From sequence record DRR378314_1707: 52,696 nucleotides of DNA; one strand, written 5' to 3'. Every line of letters begins with the position of its first letter. Positions within the stretch are counted from its first letter, which is position 1. Shown piece by piece: positions 10,021 through 20,467 of this stretch. Under the pieces are notes generated by a model. It saw only the letters and a list, made by a program, of their open reading frames with translations. It was not told where the DNA came from and did no database searches. A program made the position numbers and the translations under genes.

Positions 10021-11736
10021 GTGTTAACGCGACATCATTTGGAAATCCCCACAACGGTCGCGACCCTCGACGATCTCGCACCGTTGGCAGACTATTCACT
10101 CATGGACACGCTCAACTGCGACCCTGAGGGGAAAGCAAACGGAGCTGACCACGCGCCAAGACAAGTCTTCTCGGGCCACTACGTTCCAGTCAAACCCACG
10201 CCCATCGAAACCCCCGACTACGTCGCGCATGGGAAAGGTTTGTTTCGCGAACTGGGTTTCTCCGACAGCTTGGCGCAGTCAGACGACTTCGTCCGCATGT
10301 TCTCCGGCGACTTGTCCCAGGTTCCGGAGCCCCTGCGCAACGTGGGGTGGGCGTGCGGCTATGCACTGTCCATCTACGGCACCGAGTTCTATCAGCAATG
10401 CCCATTCCAGACCGGCAATGGCTACGGCGACGGCCGCGCGATTTCGGTGCTCGAGGCGGTCATCAACGGGCAGCGCTGGGAAATGCAGTTGAAAGGGGCA
10501 GGGCGCACACCCTACTGTCGCGGTGCGGATGGCCGTGCCGTTTTGCGGTCCAGTGTGCGGGAATTCCTGGCCCAGGAGCATATGCATGCCCTCGGTGTGC
10601 CCACGTCACGGTCACTGAGCCTGTACGTGTCAAAGACGGAGCAAGTCAGGCGCCCATGGTATTCGGAGGGCTCACGCTCCACCGATCCCGACATCCTCGT
10701 ATCCGAACCCGTTGCTATCTCGACGCGTGTGGCACCGTCGTTTATTCGGGTAGGGCAGCTTGAGCTTTTTGGTCGTCGTGCCCGCAAGCAGGAACATTCG
10801 CAGGCGATGGAGGAGCTTGAGAAAATCGTCCTGCACCTGATCGATCGTGAATACGGTGACATTATCGACCCGTCACTAGCCACCGCCGAAAAGGTGGTAT
10901 CGCTTGCTCGAGAGTTCCGCAGCCGACTGACGTCGCTTGTGGCGAACTGGATCCGTGTTGGCTATTGCCAGGGTAACTTCAACAGCGACAACTGTGCAGC
11001 GGGCGGCTTCACACTCGACTATGGCCCCTTTGGATTCTGCGAGGTGTTTGATCCGCAGTACCAACCATGGACGGGCGGCGGACAACACTTCTCGTTCCTT
11101 AATCAACCGGCGGCGGCAGAACGCAACTTTCATTCGTTTTGTTCAGCGGTACGGCCCTTGCTGGCAGACGATCAGGATTGTCTGCGGCAGTTGAAGGAGA
11201 TTCAAAGTGAATTTCCGAGGGTGATGCAAGACCAATTAGAGCAGATGTGGGCGGCCAAGCTTGGACTTGACGCTTTCGACGCGGCGTTGTTCCGCGAGCT
11301 GGCAACGCTGATGATGCAAACATCTGTTGATTACACCCTGTTCTTCCGGGAACTCTCGTCGTTGCCAGATGACGTTGAACCACTCAAGAAGAGCTTTTAC
11401 AAAGGCCCGGCCTATGCCGCTGACCCCGAAGGCCTGGACACGCGCTGGTCTGCGTGGCTCACGAAATGGCAATCGCTCACTCAACCTGGCAGTCGTGATG
11501 AGCTTGCCAGTCGGATGAAGCGGGTCAACCCGAAGTACAGTTTGAAGGAGTGGTTCGTTGTGCCCGCGTATCAGCAAGCAGCAGCGGGGGATTACGCGTT
11601 GCTGCGAGAACTGCAGGACGTGATGACGCAGCCATACGCCGAGCAATCGGAGGACGTAGAGAAAAAATTCTACAGGCTCAAACCACCGGAGCTGTTTGAG
11701 GTTGGTGGGGTGTCACACTTTAGCTGCTCGTCGTGA
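10021..11736 (+). CDS. selO: Protein adenylyltransferase SelO/YdiU family
   Basis: [48 protein letters not shown]-terminal SCSS. Confidence 0.93.
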   Translation: MLTRHHLEIPTTVATLDDLAPLADYSLMDTLNCDPEGKANGADHAPRQVFSGHYVPVKPTPIETPDYVAHGKGLFRELGFSDSLAQSDDFVRMFSGDLSQVPEPLRNVGWACGYALSIYGTEFYQQCPFQTGNGYGDGRAISVLEAVINGQRWEMQLKGAGRTPYCRGADGRAVLRSSVREFLAQEHMHALGVPTSRSLSLYVSKTEQVRRPWYSEGSRSTDPDILVSEPVAISTRVAPSFIRVGQLELFGRRARKQEHSQAMEELEKIVLHLIDREYGDIIDPSLATAEKVVSLAREFRSRLTSLVANWIRVGYCQGNFNSDNCAAGGFTLDYGPFGFCEVFDPQYQPWTGGGQHFSFLNQPAAAERNFHSFCSAVRPLLADDQDCLRQLKEIQSEFPRVMQDQLEQMWAAKLGLDAFDAALFRELATLMMQTSVDYTLFFRELSSLPDDVEPLKKSFYKGPAYAADPEGLDTRWSAWLTKWQSLTQPGSRDELASRMKRVNPKYSLKEWFVVPAYQQAAAGDYALLRELQDVMTQPYAEQSEDVEKKFYRLKPPELFEVGGVSHFSCSS

Positions 11737-11774
11737 CCGACACCCCAACCGTTCGGGACGTTTTTGCCCTTAAA

Positions 11775-11891
11775 TCAATGTCCAAGCACATCGGTTTCGT
11801 TTTTCTTTGCGTTTTTCTCCTTCTTTTTTTCCTTTGCGGTTAAAAGCGGTTTCTTTTTCGTGTCTTTTTTTCTGTCCTGACTTTTACTCAT
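11775..11891 (-). CDS. Small lysine-rich protein (38 aa)
   Basis: MSKSQDRKKDTKKKPLLTAKEKKKEKNAKKNETDVLGH after purine-rich AGGGGTGGA. Confidence 0.6.
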   Translation of the reverse strand: MSKSQDRKKDTKKKPLLTAKEKKKEKNAKKNETDVLGH

Positions 11892-12124
11892 GCGGTCTGT
11901 CCACCCCTGTGTGATGCCCATACTTCCAACATCCAGTATGAACCCGATTTCCAGCAACTGATAGCATTTGGAGCGTGGGTGGCTCACACATTGGCATCTG
12001 GATACTTGATTCAGGTATCGTGCGACCAAGAGCTTATCTCAAATTCGATTTCTAGATGCAGCGCGTGTCAGTCATTATCGTCTGCGCGACAGTAAAGAGA
12101 TCACGCTAACCTTTCCCAGGGACG

Positions 12125-12994
12125 TCAAAGGCGCGGATCTTCGGCGAAAGCGCTCGCAAGGTGCCGCATAACCAATTTGATGCGCTCAACGTGCCGCAGG
12201 TCGGGGTGGGTCAGCAGCCAAAGATTTGATGATTTCCCGGGCGGGAAGGCGAACAGGGCTTCCAGCTCCGGTCGCTGCTGGTCGTCTGGAAGAAGCGCCA
12301 GGCCCTGGCCGCTTTGGGCCAACCAGGACATGGCCACCAGGTCGTCGCTGCGCGTCGCAACGCATTGTGCAAGTGTGTTTTCAAGCCATACAAACGCTGG
12401 CAGGCCTTGCATACCTCCGCTTGCGCCAATCAGCCGATGCCACTGCAGTTCATTCATACCGCGAGGGAAACCGTGTTCTGCCCGATAGGCGGGGCTGCCG
12501 TAGACACTCCAGCCAATCGAGCGCACCTGCCGGCCAACCAGATGTTCCGGCGGCACAGTCGTTACCCTGACGGCGATGTCTGCCTGCCGAGTGTCCATGT
12601 TGACTTCCAGGTTGCTGACCAGCAATTCGACCACGATCTCCGGATAATCCCGATTGAACTCCGCCAGGTAACCCGGCAGGTATCGATAAGCCAGGTTATT
12701 GGGCGCGGTGATTCGGACTTTGCCTTTAGGCTGCACGTCACGGCCCGCAATTCGACGTTCCATATCGTTAAAGGCTCCGTCAACGCGGTGGGCGATGTCT
12801 TTAAGCTCCTCGCCCAAGGGCGTTAGCGCGTAGCCGCCGGGCAGCCGTTCGAACAAGCGGGCGCCCAAATCCTTCTCGAAGGCATTCAGCCGGCGAAAGA
12901 CGGTCGAGTGATTCACGCCCAGTGTTCGGGCTGCGCCAGCCAAGGAGCCGGTCTGCTCTATGGCGACAAAGACTTTGAGGGCATTCCAGTCCAT
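12125..12994 (-). CDS. LysR family regulator
   Basis: MDWNALKVF...GSLAGAARTLGVNHSTVFRRL; RBS before ATG 12994; divergent from GST. Confidence 0.93.
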   Translation of the reverse strand: MDWNALKVFVAIEQTGSLAGAARTLGVNHSTVFRRLNAFEKDLGARLFERLPGGYALTPLGEELKDIAHRVDGAFNDMERRIAGRDVQPKGKVRITAPNNLAYRYLPGYLAEFNRDYPEIVVELLVSNLEVNMDTRQADIAVRVTTVPPEHLVGRQVRSIGWSVYGSPAYRAEHGFPRGMNELQWHRLIGASGGMQGLPAFVWLENTLAQCVATRSDDLVAMSWLAQSGQGLALLPDDQQRPELEALFAFPPGKSSNLWLLTHPDLRHVERIKLVMRHLASAFAEDPRL

Positions 12995-13010
12995 TTGATC
13001 GCTCCTGTAT

Positions 13011-13024
13011 TTGCAATGCTGCAA
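13011..13024. promoter_or_regulatory. Putative LysR operator
   Basis: TTGCA-ATGC-TGCAA dyad containing T-N11-A between divergent lysR and GST. Confidence 0.5.
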
Positions 13025-13111
13025 TTCTAGCTTTCCAAATTTGCGAATGTCATTCGATAAATGCAAACGGGATACTGAGCCTGACTTCAGCCCAACGAGG
13101 AGAACTGCCAA

Positions 13112-13795
13112 ATGACACGCGAGTTCGAGCTAATCACCCATGTACTGTGCCCATACGTCCAACGCTCGGTCATTGTGCTGAGTGAAAAACGAGTTCCCTA
13201 TGTTCGCACCGACATAGACCTGGCCAACAAGCCAACGTGGTTCCAGAAGATCTCTCCATTGGGTAAGGTACCCGTGCTTATGGTGGGAGAGGGACGGTCT
13301 CTCTTCGAATCAGCGGTGATCTGCGAATACCTGGATGAGGTTACACCGGGCTCTCTGCATCCGGAGGACCCGTTGGAACGGGCCGATCATCGTGCATGGA
13401 TAGAATTCGGGTCTGGGCTGTTGAATGGCATTGCCCAACTGTATAACGCGCCAATAAGGAGTGAGTTCGATGCGTCACGCAAGTCGTTACGGGCACGTTT
13501 CGGGCAATTGGAGGAACGGTTGGGCAAGGGGCCGTATTTCTCCGGCAAGGCCTTCCAGATCATTGATGCGGTCTACGGTCCGATTTTCCGGTATTTTGAC
13601 GTGTTTGAGCCTGCGATGAATCTGGGCATTCTGGACGATTTGGAGGAAATTCAGACATGGCGACGCCATTTACGAGCCCGTGAATCCGTCACTCAGGCGG
13701 TCACCTTCGACTACCCGGAGCGGTTATTGGCGTTTGTTCGGGAGAAGGGCAGCTATATGTCTCAGTTGGTGGAACAAAGTGCGGCGCCTCACTAG
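13112..13795 (+). CDS. Glutathione S-transferase family protein
   Basis: LCPYVQR, SPLGKVPVL, LFESAVICEYLDE. Confidence 0.93.
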   Translation: MTREFELITHVLCPYVQRSVIVLSEKRVPYVRTDIDLANKPTWFQKISPLGKVPVLMVGEGRSLFESAVICEYLDEVTPGSLHPEDPLERADHRAWIEFGSGLLNGIAQLYNAPIRSEFDASRKSLRARFGQLEERLGKGPYFSGKAFQIIDAVYGPIFRYFDVFEPAMNLGILDDLEEIQTWRRHLRARESVTQAVTFDYPERLLAFVREKGSYMSQLVEQSAAPH

Positions 13796-13823
13796 CGAAA
13801 GGCGCCGCTGGTGCACGAGTAGA

Positions 13824-14060
13824 CTACGTCAAATCTGAAAGGCTCGCGCCAAAGTTAATGTGGAAGGGAGTACCTTCAAGGACCAGAGCCGGGACGGACT
13901 TTACACCGGCCGCCTCTGCCTCTGAGATCCTCCCTTTGTCGTTGCCAAGATGGACCAATTCGACATCGTATCGGGAGGGATCAATGGCCTTGGCAACATT
14001 GTCCTCGGCGGCGACGCATACCGGGCACCCAGCATGGTAGAAAATGGCTTTGCTACTCAT
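13824..14060 (-). CDS. Small thioredoxin/glutaredoxin-fold protein (78 aa)
   Basis: FYHAGCPVC, GVKSVPALV; AGGAG before ATG 14060. Confidence 0.85.
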   Translation of the reverse strand: MSSKAIFYHAGCPVCVAAEDNVAKAIDPSRYDVELVHLGNDKGRISEAEAAGVKSVPALVLEGTPFHINFGASLSDLT

Positions 14061-14169
14061 CTCTGAACTCCTATGATTAATCTCTGGTTGATTGGTGTGC
14101 GCACACCCAAACGATAGAGAGAACCGAAAGTACTGACTAGCGGGCACAAATCTTTGGGCTGGGCACCTT

Positions 14170-14520
14170 TTGGTGTATTTTTATGAAATTGAAGGGGAAA
14201 TTTTTTTGCAGGTTCGCAACACGTATCGCAAATTGGAAGACGTTGTAGGCTGCAAGTGGTCGGTTTCGGTCCTCCTTGCTGTCGAGAAGGGCATTAACCG
14301 GCCGGGGGCTCTTGAACGGCATATCGAGGGGATCTCAACAAAGGTTCTTTCAGAGCGACTTCGAAAGCTCACTGCGTACGGCCTGCTGCACAAGGAAACC
14401 TTTCCTGAAGTCCCGCCACGCACCGAATATTCGCTAACCAGGTCGGGTGAAAAGCTTATTAGAATCATTCAACAGATACAGGAGCTTGATGTCGAATTAA
14501 GTGGCAACAGTGGTTATTGA
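14170..14520 (+). CDS. HxlR family winged-helix regulator
   Basis: VGCKWS, GISTKVLSERLRKL, EVPPRTEYSLT; start uncertain. Confidence 0.88.
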   Translation: MVYFYEIEGEIFLQVRNTYRKLEDVVGCKWSVSVLLAVEKGINRPGALERHIEGISTKVLSERLRKLTAYGLLHKETFPEVPPRTEYSLTRSGEKLIRIIQQIQELDVELSGNSGY

Positions 14521-14690
14521 GTTGTCTCTTTGAGACGGTTCTCGATGGCCGCAACGCTTAGCTCTGTGACGGGATCTATTGTGCCCTAGCCACGCAACCC
14601 AAAGTTTTTTTGGGCGATGTAACACTTGAGCCGGCCGGGTTACTAATAGCTAACAGGAACACAGAGCTAAGAGAACCTTAGGAGCCCATC

Positions 14691-15260
14691 ATGGCGCACA
14701 AGTTTGCGGAAATCGCTTTTACCCGGACCGTTAAGGAGGTTCAGGAGGAAATGGGCAGCCGGGCGGGTTACTCATCCATTGAAACCGGCCCCGACCGAAA
14801 CCATCTTTTCAGGGACCGGGAGCGCACCTTCATTGAAGCTCGTGATAGCTTTTACATTGCCAGCGTGAGTGAGACAGGCTGGCCTTACATCCAGCATCGG
14901 GGTGGGCCAGCCGGCTTTTTGAAGGTAATAAACGAGTCGACCATCGGATTCGCTGATTACTCAGGTAATCGTCAGTACGTCACTACGGGTAACGTGTTGA
15001 ACAATGATCGCGTGGCGTTGTTCCTGATGGACTATCCGAACCGTAGAAGACTGAAACTCCTTGGCCGGATGGAACTTGTGGGTCCCGATCAGTCGTCGAT
15101 TCTCGACGATCTGCAGGACGACAGCTATGAAGCAAAGGTAGAGAAGGGGATGATCATTCACGTCGAAGCCTTTGACTGGAACTGCCCGCAACACATAACC
15201 CCCCGCTACACGGAGTCTGAAGTCGAAGCCCTGCTTGCGTCCATGCGAGACGGGGGCTGA
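14691..15260 (+). CDS. Pyridoxamine 5'-phosphate oxidase-like FMN-binding protein
   Basis: GWPYIQHRGGPAGFLKV, FADYSGNRQY, FDWNCPQHITPR. Confidence 0.9.
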   Translation: MAHKFAEIAFTRTVKEVQEEMGSRAGYSSIETGPDRNHLFRDRERTFIEARDSFYIASVSETGWPYIQHRGGPAGFLKVINESTIGFADYSGNRQYVTTGNVLNNDRVALFLMDYPNRRRLKLLGRMELVGPDQSSILDDLQDDSYEAKVEKGMIIHVEAFDWNCPQHITPRYTESEVEALLASMRDGG

Positions 15261-15267
15261 ATCGACA

Positions 15268-15732
15268 TCAAAGGGTAGACTGAAGTTTACTGCTGTAGCG
15301 CCGGAGCTTGCCTACGGTTTCTGACCAGTCATCTGCCCCTATCATAGCTGTGAACTCACCGTGAGCCTCTTCCCATCGTGCCAACGCCTGCTGATAAATA
15401 TCTTCGCCTTCCGGCGTCAGAGCCAGGCCCAGTGAACGTTTATGTCCAGTTGGCTGGGACTGCAGTAAGCCCTTGGCAATCAGCTTTTCAACCGTTCGCT
15501 GAAGTGATGTCCGCTCCATGCCGAGAAGCTCAGCCAGCTCGTTGATGGAGTTTGGGGGCGACAGTTTGATGGCATTCAGGATCGAGAACTGGGTAATCCT
15601 GAGGCCGATATCGGAAAGGTGATGGTTGTAGTGACGGGTTACCAGCCTGGAAAAAACGCGGGAGTAGAGAGCGGCGCAGGTTCTCGCGACGTCGAGAGGC
15701 GTTGTTTGCTGATCGAATGACTGCTCAGACAT
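15268..15732 (-). CDS. MarR family regulator
   Basis: TCAALYSR...GLRITQFSIL...LGMERTSLQR...LTPEG; AGGAG before ATG 15732. Confidence 0.9.
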   Translation of the reverse strand: MSEQSFDQQTTPLDVARTCAALYSRVFSRLVTRHYNHHLSDIGLRITQFSILNAIKLSPPNSINELAELLGMERTSLQRTVEKLIAKGLLQSQPTGHKRSLGLALTPEGEDIYQQALARWEEAHGEFTAMIGADDWSETVGKLRRYSSKLQSTL

Positions 15733-15750
15733 GCTGGGCTCCTGCTCGCT

Positions 15751-15766
15751 TAAGTGTATATGCATG
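15751..15766. promoter_or_regulatory. Putative MarR operator, copy 1
   Basis: TAAGTGTATATGCATG just upstream of marR; 11/14 to palindrome AGTGTATATACACT. Confidence 0.6.
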
Positions 15767-15916
15767 ATGCTAGATTCAATCCCCTGCAATGTCCAGCCAA
15801 TCAAACTCATGGAGTTTCAGGGAATCTTGCACAGTCTCAGTAACAGATAGGCCTCCAGGACGTCTGTGCAGTAAGAATCACACTCTAACGTCCTCATCAA
15901 ACGCGAGGGAGGTACC

Positions 15917-16915
15917 ATGAAAAACCAGGAACTTAACCTGTTACACGTGTTCAGCGCCATCATGACGGAAGGCTCAATCACACGAGCGGCGGACCGCCTG
16001 GGCATGACCCAACCAGCAGTTTCGAATGTTGTTTCCCGAATGCGGACCGCCTGGAAGGATCCTTTATTTGTGAAGAGGGGGCGGCAGGTAGAGCCGACCT
16101 CGTATGCGCAAAGCCTTTGGGATCAGATCCGCAACCCCCTGTACGAACTGTCCAATGCGGTAAATTCCACCCGGTTCACGCCCAGTGAATCCCGCAGGAC
16201 GTTCAGGGTAGCCGTCACCGATTTGATACTCGAGATGGTCTGGCAACCGCTGGTCTCCGAGCTGCAGAAATGTGCGCCGGGTATTGATCTGCATGCGGTG
16301 CCTTTCTCGCCCGCCACCGCTGCGAACCATCTGCGCGAAGCGAGTGTCGATTTCGTGATCGGGTTCTTCGAGCAGCATGATCACAGCCTGAGAAGCCTGT
16401 GGTTGTTCGACACCGGTTATGTATTGGCCATGAGAAGCGGCCATGATCTCAGTGGTCAACCGGTTGACCTCGATTCATTTCTCAATGCGCAACATCTGCT
16501 GGCAACCATGTCTGGTGAGGCTCACGGTGTGGTCGACGATACACTCCACAGGAGGGGGCTGGAGAGACGCGTTGCGGTAACGGTAAACCATTTCTCTGCC
16601 GTTCCGAATCTGCTCAGGAACTCCGATCTGGTTGCAACGATTCCGGAAGTTATTACCGGCGACTGCGAATTCTGCGCTGGTATTTCGATCACCAGTCTGC
16701 CCATTGAGGTGGAGCCGACCAGCCTGTATCTCGCATGGCATACCCGCCACGACCGGGACCCGGGCATTATCTGGATCCGGAGCGTGATCGAACGGGTTGC
16801 CAAGGAGTGTTGGGCAAAAGCGATGGCCGCAAGAGATCTTGATTGCGGCCAGTCCGTGATCAGCCCACACAGCAGTCAAGAGGTAGAGGTAATACGCGGG
16901 CAGGTCGTTCTGTAG
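15917..16915 (+). CDS. LysR family regulator (NodD/LeuO-like), paralog of 37087..38073
   Basis: ELNLLHVF...SITRAADRLGMTQPAVSN; WHTRHDRDPG. Confidence 0.93.
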   Translation: MKNQELNLLHVFSAIMTEGSITRAADRLGMTQPAVSNVVSRMRTAWKDPLFVKRGRQVEPTSYAQSLWDQIRNPLYELSNAVNSTRFTPSESRRTFRVAVTDLILEMVWQPLVSELQKCAPGIDLHAVPFSPATAANHLREASVDFVIGFFEQHDHSLRSLWLFDTGYVLAMRSGHDLSGQPVDLDSFLNAQHLLATMSGEAHGVVDDTLHRRGLERRVAVTVNHFSAVPNLLRNSDLVATIPEVITGDCEFCAGISITSLPIEVEPTSLYLAWHTRHDRDPGIIWIRSVIERVAKECWAKAMAARDLDCGQSVISPHSSQEVEVIRGQVVL

Positions 16916-16934
16916 TAATACGCCATGCCAAACG

Positions 16935-16971
16935 AAAGGGGCCAAGGATTCAGAATCCTTGGCCCCTTTTT
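16935..16971. terminator. Bidirectional intrinsic terminator
   Basis: AAAGGGGCCAAGGATTC-A-GAATCCTTGGCCCCTTTTT between convergent genes. Confidence 0.8.
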
Positions 16972-16983
16972 ACTGCATAACGA

Positions 16984-17859
16984 TCAGGCAACGTTGGCAC
17001 TTTCCTCAACGGTGGTGTTTTCCGCTCCGGCGGCTGTCGCGTTCAGCTTTTTCCATTCCCTTGGCGTCATACCGGTATTCTTTTTGAAGGCCCTGGAGAA
17101 TCCAGAGGCGTCCTCATAGCCCACCTCAAAGCAGATAATCGACATGGGTTTGTCTTTCAGGATGAGTTTTTTGGCTGCGGATATCCGCGCGTTCTGAACG
17201 TATTCGCCAGGTGCCAGGCCGAGCACATTCTTGAAGTGCTGTATGAAGGTTGATCGTGACATCATCGCAACTTCAGCAAGCTTATCCACGGACAGATCCG
17301 CGTTCAGACTGCTGTCAATGCGATTCAAGACTTTGCTTAGCTGCCGGTCCGCGAGCGCAGACAGCACCCCCTTGGGTGTTTCTCCTTCCGAGACAATGTG
17401 CCGAAGCACATTTACGAATATCACCTCCACGAGTCGATTCATGACTGCGTCTCTTCCTTCCTGTACAGCCTCGGCTTCCAGGAACAACACATCCACAAAG
17501 GAGCCAAGACCCTGAACGGAAGAAAGGGGAAGTACCACGGACGCGGGCAGCGCCTCCAGAACGGGATTTCGCGACCCTGTCTGGAACTTGATTGAGGCAC
17601 AGATCATCTCCGCGCCTTCCCGATTGGCTCCGAAAAGCTGATGGGGCTGGGACCGCACTGAAAAAATCATGGTGGGTTCCGTCAGCGTAAGTTTCTCCCG
17701 GTTCCCTTCCATGATGTCGAGCACTCCAGAACGGAGTACATGAATGTAGCCGGTTCCCTCTTCTTCAAAGGAGGCCAGTCCGCAGAGCTGGCCCCGAAAG
17801 AACACGCCGGCGTTCACATTGAGCTGGTCGAGAATGTAAGAAAGCCTGTCCATAAGCAC
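16984..17859 (-). CDS. AraC family regulator with cupin_6 domain (RclR-like)
   Basis: MDRLS...FFRGQLCG, EMICASI, MSRSTF, VGYEDASGFSRAFKK. Confidence 0.88.
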   Translation of the reverse strand: MLMDRLSYILDQLNVNAGVFFRGQLCGLASFEEEGTGYIHVLRSGVLDIMEGNREKLTLTEPTMIFSVRSQPHQLFGANREGAEMICASIKFQTGSRNPVLEALPASVVLPLSSVQGLGSFVDVLFLEAEAVQEGRDAVMNRLVEVIFVNVLRHIVSEGETPKGVLSALADRQLSKVLNRIDSSLNADLSVDKLAEVAMMSRSTFIQHFKNVLGLAPGEYVQNARISAAKKLILKDKPMSIICFEVGYEDASGFSRAFKKNTGMTPREWKKLNATAAGAENTTVEESANVA

Positions 17860-17962
17860 TCCAAATAATTGGCATAGAAGTTTGAACGATCGTACGCATT
17901 CAGTACCGCTCGAAGCCTTATTGTTTCAAACGTAGTCATCATTCATTCAAAGGAGATACCCA

Positions 17963-18433
17963 ATGACTCGTTCCAAGAAACTTCGTGCCTTCGTTGCTGT
18001 TGCCTCTATGAGCGCCGCTTTCGGTGCTTTTGCCGCTGATATCGATATGAACGCCAATGCCAATGATGTCGCCATCAGCGGTTACGATCCGGTGGCCTAC
18101 TTTTCCGATTCAGAAGCCACCAAGGGTTCTGCGGAATACACCGCCACCTACAAGAACGCGATCTACCACTTCTCCAGCGCAGAGAATCGTGATCAGTTTC
18201 GTGCCGACCCCAGTGCCTATGCGCCCCAGTACGGTGGTTACTGCGCGTTCGGCGTAACCATGGAGAAGAAATTCGACGTTGATCCTGAAGCCTGGCGCAT
18301 TGTCGATAACAAGCTCTACCTGAACCTGAACAAAGACGTGCAGAAGCGTTGGCTCACGGATGTACCTGGCTTCATCGCCAATGCCAACGACATATGGCCC
18401 GAGATCAAAACTGTGGAAGCAGCCGAGCTGTAG
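17963..18433 (+). CDS. Secreted YHS-domain protein
   Basis: Signal peptide (AFA); AISGYDPVAYF, YAPQYGGYCAFG, WRIVDNKLYLN. Confidence 0.92.
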   Translation: MTRSKKLRAFVAVASMSAAFGAFAADIDMNANANDVAISGYDPVAYFSDSEATKGSAEYTATYKNAIYHFSSAENRDQFRADPSAYAPQYGGYCAFGVTMEKKFDVDPEAWRIVDNKLYLNLNKDVQKRWLTDVPGFIANANDIWPEIKTVEAAEL

Positions 18434-18460
18434 TCCTCTGCCAGTGATATGAGCAATTCC

Positions 18461-18493
18461 CAGGGTCCTTGGCGTTTCCGGTCAAGGACCCTG
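18461..18493. other. Intergenic hairpin between YHS and DUF2282 genes
   Basis: CAGGGTCCTTG...CAAGGACCCTG; no U-tract, possibly mRNA-stabilising. Confidence 0.5.
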
Positions 18494-18517
18494 AACCAAA
18501 CTTTGAAGGTGATCGAT

Positions 18518-18802
18518 ATGAACCAGAAGCTTCTTTTGAGCGCGGCATTGGCGGCCGCATTGGCTGGCGCCATGTCTGCCCCCCTGGCACATGCTGGCGG
18601 CAAGGAAAAGTGTTACGGCATCTCAGCGGTTGGCGGTAACGACTGTGCGAACCTTGCGGGAACGCACTCCTGTGCCGGGCAATCCAAAGTCGCCAATGAC
18701 CCGGGTGAGTACAAGATTGTCGAGAAGGGCACCTGTGAGGATCTGGGTGGCTTTGACAAGGAAACGGCCCTGAAAATCATTGCTGAGAAAAGCAAAGGTT
18801 AA
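18518..18802 (+). CDS. DUF2282 family precursor (bufferin BufA1-type RiPP)
   Basis: Signal peptide then EKCYGI...NDC...HSCAGQS...GTC, 4 Cys. Confidence 0.9.
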   Translation: MNQKLLLSAALAAALAGAMSAPLAHAGGKEKCYGISAVGGNDCANLAGTHSCAGQSKVANDPGEYKIVEKGTCEDLGGFDKETALKIIAEKSKG

Positions 18803-18807
18803 GTGGC

Positions 18808-19719
18808 ATGAGTAACCGTCAGGACACAGTCCCAGCCAAGCCGGAACTCGGGAGCAGCTCTGTCGGGGTAGGGCTACGACCGGACCACTATCAGGAAATT
18901 CTCGAGCAAGCCCCTCCGGTAGATTTTCTTGAGGTGCACTCGGAGAATTTCTTCGCGGAGGCAGGAATCGCTGTCGATCTGTTGAAGGAGGTTTCGGCCA
19001 ACACGCCAATCAGCCTTCATGGCACCTCGGCAGGCCTCGGGTCCGTTGAGGCGATTCCTGACGATTACCTCAAGCAACTCAAACGTCTTGTGGACCGGGT
19101 GAACCCGATATTGGTGTCAGACCACCTGTGTTTTACCTGGGCAAGGATTGGTGGACGCCTCTTTCATGGTGGTGATCTTCTGCCCATTCCCTACACCGAA
19201 GACAGTCTCCGGCATGCGGTTAACAACATTGACCGAATGCAACAGGCATTGGGCCGCCAGATCGCTATTGAGAACGTCTGTGCGTACATCGAGTTTGACC
19301 ACAATGACTTCGACGAGGCCGCTTTTCTCAGTGAAATCGTTGCCCGCACTGGCTGCGGCTTAATCCTTGATATCAACAACGTGATGGTGAACGCCCGTAA
19401 TGTGCAAGTCGCCGAACCGGCGGATTTTGTTGACCATTACGTTGCGTCTCTCGATCACTCCGCCATTGCGGAAATTCATCTTGCCGGCTCTACGCCCGTG
19501 GATAGGACAGAGCTACTGATCGATGACCATGCCTGCCCGGTATCCGAGGCTGGGTGGCACGCCTATGGGCGAGTGGTTCGAGAGATCGGCCCAAGGCCCA
19601 CGTTGATCGAATGGGACAACAACCTCCCGTCGTGGCGCGAACTTCTGGGGGAAGCCACCAAAGCCAGAAAAGCACAACGCCGGGTATTGATTAGGGAGCG
19701 CAGCTATGAATCTGTCTGA
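18808..19719 (+). CDS. DUF692 multinuclear non-heme iron oxidase (MNIO, BufB-like)
   Basis: GVGLRPDH, EVHSENF, SDHL, DLLP, IEN, LDINN, EIHLAG, IDDH, EWDNNLP. Confidence 0.94.
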   Translation: MSNRQDTVPAKPELGSSSVGVGLRPDHYQEILEQAPPVDFLEVHSENFFAEAGIAVDLLKEVSANTPISLHGTSAGLGSVEAIPDDYLKQLKRLVDRVNPILVSDHLCFTWARIGGRLFHGGDLLPIPYTEDSLRHAVNNIDRMQQALGRQIAIENVCAYIEFDHNDFDEAAFLSEIVARTGCGLILDINNVMVNARNVQVAEPADFVDHYVASLDHSAIAEIHLAGSTPVDRTELLIDDHACPVSEAGWHAYGRVVREIGPRPTLIEWDNNLPSWRELLGEATKARKAQRRVLIRERSYESV

Positions 19720-20455
19720 TTACCAGAGCCAGTTTCTCGCGTTCCTGTTCGGCGGTACCAACAAGCCGGAGCTGCCCTATTCAGAAGTGTATCGATTCGG
19801 GGTGGAGGCGAAAGCGGTTCGAGCCCTTGAGAACAGTTATCCGACGGTGAAGGCACTGGTAGGACCGGCGGCCTTTGAGGAACTGGCCCTGGATTACTTC
19901 AGAATGATCCGCAAACAGAGCGGCGACTGGAGCGACTTTGGCTGGGGATTTCCTAGCTGGATGATCTCGCACCGGATTTCAGATCGGGTTCCCTACCTCT
20001 CCGATGTGGCGCGACTCGACAATTACGTGGGGCGGGTCGAGCGTTGCCAGTATCAAGAAGTGGACTTCGAGAGCTTTTCTGAGATCGGAGAGGATCTTTC
20101 GTCCTGTCGGCTCATTCTCAACAGCGGGCTTCAGTTTTTCAGGTCCGTTTATCCAATCGTCAGCCTATGGGAAGCACACAAAAGCCACACCCCTCAAGAC
20201 ACACTCAGCTTTGCTCAAGCGAAAAGAATGATCGCAAAAGGCCGAGGCCAGAGCGCCCTGGTTTATCGAGCGGGTTGGCGAGGGATGGCAGAAGCCATTT
20301 CTGAAAAGGAAATTGCGCTGCTCGATCGTCTCAGAGAACAGCCAAGTATTGCCGAAGCGTTCGGTGAGGATGTTCTGAACGAAACGAATTTTACCGGTTG
20401 GCTGCAAGACATGATCTCAAAAAGAGTCATCGTCGGCGCCAGGACCATTCATTGA
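19706..20455 (+). CDS. DUF2063 MNIO partner protein (BufC/HvfC-like)
   Basis: Overlaps DUF692 stop; ALENSYPTVKALVG...F, YLSDVARLD, YPIVSLWEAH. Confidence 0.88.
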   Translation: MNLSDYQSQFLAFLFGGTNKPELPYSEVYRFGVEAKAVRALENSYPTVKALVGPAAFEELALDYFRMIRKQSGDWSDFGWGFPSWMISHRISDRVPYLSDVARLDNYVGRVERCQYQEVDFESFSEIGEDLSSCRLILNSGLQFFRSVYPIVSLWEAHKSHTPQDTLSFAQAKRMIAKGRGQSALVYRAGWRGMAEAISEKEIALLDRLREQPSIAEAFGEDVLNETNFTGWLQDMISKRVIVGARTIH

Positions 20456-20467
20456 AAGGAGATTGAT

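Noticed and set aside
11716-11736. Selenocysteine in the SelO C-terminus (also considered for YHS)
   Set aside because: Both use ordinary Cys codons (SCSS; GYCAF) and the TGA follows the complete motif
14183-14210. Phase-variable T7 tract at the HxlR start
   Set aside because: An in-frame TTG with a GAAGGGG RBS explains the gene without a frameshift
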